From Haliotis cracherodii (lineage: Eukaryota): 64,000 nucleotides of DNA. The stretch is from contig NW_027266274.1 in assembly GCF_022045235.1 (NCBI RefSeq), positions 15,128,001 through 15,192,000 of the forward strand, written 5' to 3'. Of this stretch, positions 62,020 through 64,000 are shown piece by piece. Made by a program: the position numbers and the translations under genes. Positions within the stretch are counted from its first letter, which is position 1. Each line of letters starts with the position of its first letter. A model generated the notes under the pieces. The model saw only the letters and a program-made list of their open reading frames with translations, was not told the DNA's origin and made no database searches.

Positions 62020-62830
62020 ACCAATGTCAGCTTGATTCATGTTGTGGTAAGTGGATTTTGACGTTGACTTACACCAATGCCGTCCCAGACGTGTTCAGTG
62101 TGGGAAAGGTCAGGACATGGATGTTTTGCTGTCGATGAGTTGGGTCACAATTCTGTCACATAATAACACATTATTATCTTGAAAATGCCAAACATGTGCA
62201 AATGGCATCACGAGTAGTGCAATGAAGTTTTCCGATAGTATTGACCTGTTACTCTGCCATGAACAATATGGAGCGACGTTCGGCCAGTCATTGTGATATC
62301 ACCCCATACCATTATGTACCCACCCCCTAAAACGATCATGTTGTACAGCGTTACCGTCCATAAAACTCTTATTAGGAGGTCTCCAAACTATTAATTCGGT
62401 CAATAGTCAAGAATGAACCTCGATTCGTCAGAAAAGAAGTCAAACATCAATTATCTCAGTGCTGACATTCCCTACACCACTGACGTCTGATTTAAATAAC
62501 GTGCCGTAAGTTGTGGGATGACACGTGGACGTTGTGCACGCAAATCCCATCGGTGAAGACGAATTCTTACAAATTGGGTATGTTCTCTTACACCATGTGT
62601 TTGTTGCAGCTAGTCTGACTCATCTGTGGTGGAGCTGGAGTTGTTGCTCTTGGGCGTCCAGAGCGTCGTCGGTCATTGACGTTATGTGTTTGTTGGTATT
62701 GGGCCCACAATCTGCTGATGACAGATTGAGAAACGTGAAGCGTTTGGGCAACAATATTCCGACCTATGACCACCTGCAACATGTAAACATTCCGTTCGTT
62801 GCAAACGCTGCATTATCAATGCGTTGGCCT
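62020..62830 (-). mobile_element. Degenerate Tc1-like transposase remnant
   Basis: VAQTLHVSQSVISRLW..YQQTHNVNDRRRSGRPRATT helix-turn-helix region; FSDESRF-like segment near 62420. Confidence 0.75.
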
Positions 62831-63049
62831 CCTTAGTGATTAAATGTGTGCAATAAAGTAGCTTTGAGCGTTTTTCTTCGAAAATGTTCTTGACACATTG
62901 CCTGACATTGATTCTTTCTGTAGCTTCAGCTTAAAACACAACCTGTCTCTAATTTTTTGCATAGTGCAAGAGATACATATGGAGGTTCATCCTCATCACA
63001 TCAAGAGGATATTAATGAGAATGACCTTATCATATCTTAACTAACATCT

Positions 63050-64000
63050 CCGCCAGGCCTAAACGAATCAGGTTAATGTGGGACTTCCTCCTCTTATATT
63101 CATTATTTGAATGAATATCATAACATCATATTTTGAAGAAACCAACTTTATTTAACATTAAAACTACTTATATGGATGGACCTAATGTTTCTAGACAGAT
63201 TCGTTTTTCTTATTTTTCAGGCAACTTCACGGCAGGTCATGTAGCTGATAAGGTGAGTGAGAATGATTTTACGCCGCTTTTAGCAATATTCCAGCAATAT
63301 CACGGCGGGGGACACCAGAAATGGGCTTCACACATTGTACCCATGTCGGGAATCGAACCCGGGTCTTCGGCGTGACGAGCGAACGCTTTAACCACTAGGC
63401 TACCCGACCGCCCTGTAGCTGATAAGGACTCTGCGTAAGTAGTATAATCAACTTTCGTATTGTCATTATTGGATACCATGAATATAATGAATCACATATT
63501 GTCACTTCCCTCTACTGTCAACATTCATTTTATGTTGTATCAATGGATGTTTCAGGGTAAAATAAACTCTCCAAACATATATAAGACAGTAGGACAAATG
63601 TGTCATGAAACACGTATGTATCAGACACCTGAAAGTGTACTTGGATTGTTTCGAGACTGCAGCGGGAACATCTGCTGTATGTGACTTGGCACGCGCGCGT
63701 CGCTATATAAGTGCAATAATCTTGAATACGACGTTAAACCCCATTTCCCCTCACTTCATGTCAACGATTGTTTATTTATTCGAATTTACTTTCATGTAAG
63801 CATTATTGATATTACTTATATTTATATTATTAGTAATATAGCACACTGACATTATGTGTTTTAGGCCGCTAGGGGCCTACATCCAATGTCTCCCTGACGC
63901 AGGAGAGAAAGATACATGCAAGACTGGAACCAAAGCCTCTGCTCTCGTAGACAAGCCCAAGGGGAGACTTGCAATTCTTACATGTAGTAAGTATCAGGCT
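63050..64000 (+). pseudogene. Disrupted paralogue of the 36064-39737 gene
   Basis: Matches 36300-38330 including introns; SINE A inserted in exon 2 (TSD TGTAGCTGATAAGG); exon 2 shortened; about 1.07-kb deletion removes the end of exon 3 and exon 4; exon 5 counterpart at 63865-63986. Confidence 0.85.

Overview
Eukaryotic, AT-rich, intron-rich DNA, probably molluscan (inferred from the SINE content and TTAGGG motif; not provable from this window). Bases 1-29.7 kb hold the last 22 coding exons of a CABIN1 orthologue on the + strand, reconstructed exon by exon with consistent phases. Its introns carry tandem arrays whose repeat units are copies of the neighbouring exon/intron junction: four acceptor arrays and one donor array. 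There is also a SINE whose target-site duplication re-created an acceptor, and a telomere-motif minisatellite that reads as repeated 3' splice sites. Bases 36-55 kb hold two small genes largely missed by the ORF track: a 171-aa two-repeat Cys-rich protein and a 4xEGF protein with a frameshift. Both predict a signal peptide and GPI signal and appear to share the same gene frame around different phase-1 modules. A SINE-disrupted pseudogene copy of the first lies at 63-64 kb. The rest is three SINE families, Tc1/mariner copies, LINE and Penelope-like remnants, MITE or hairpin elements and satellites.
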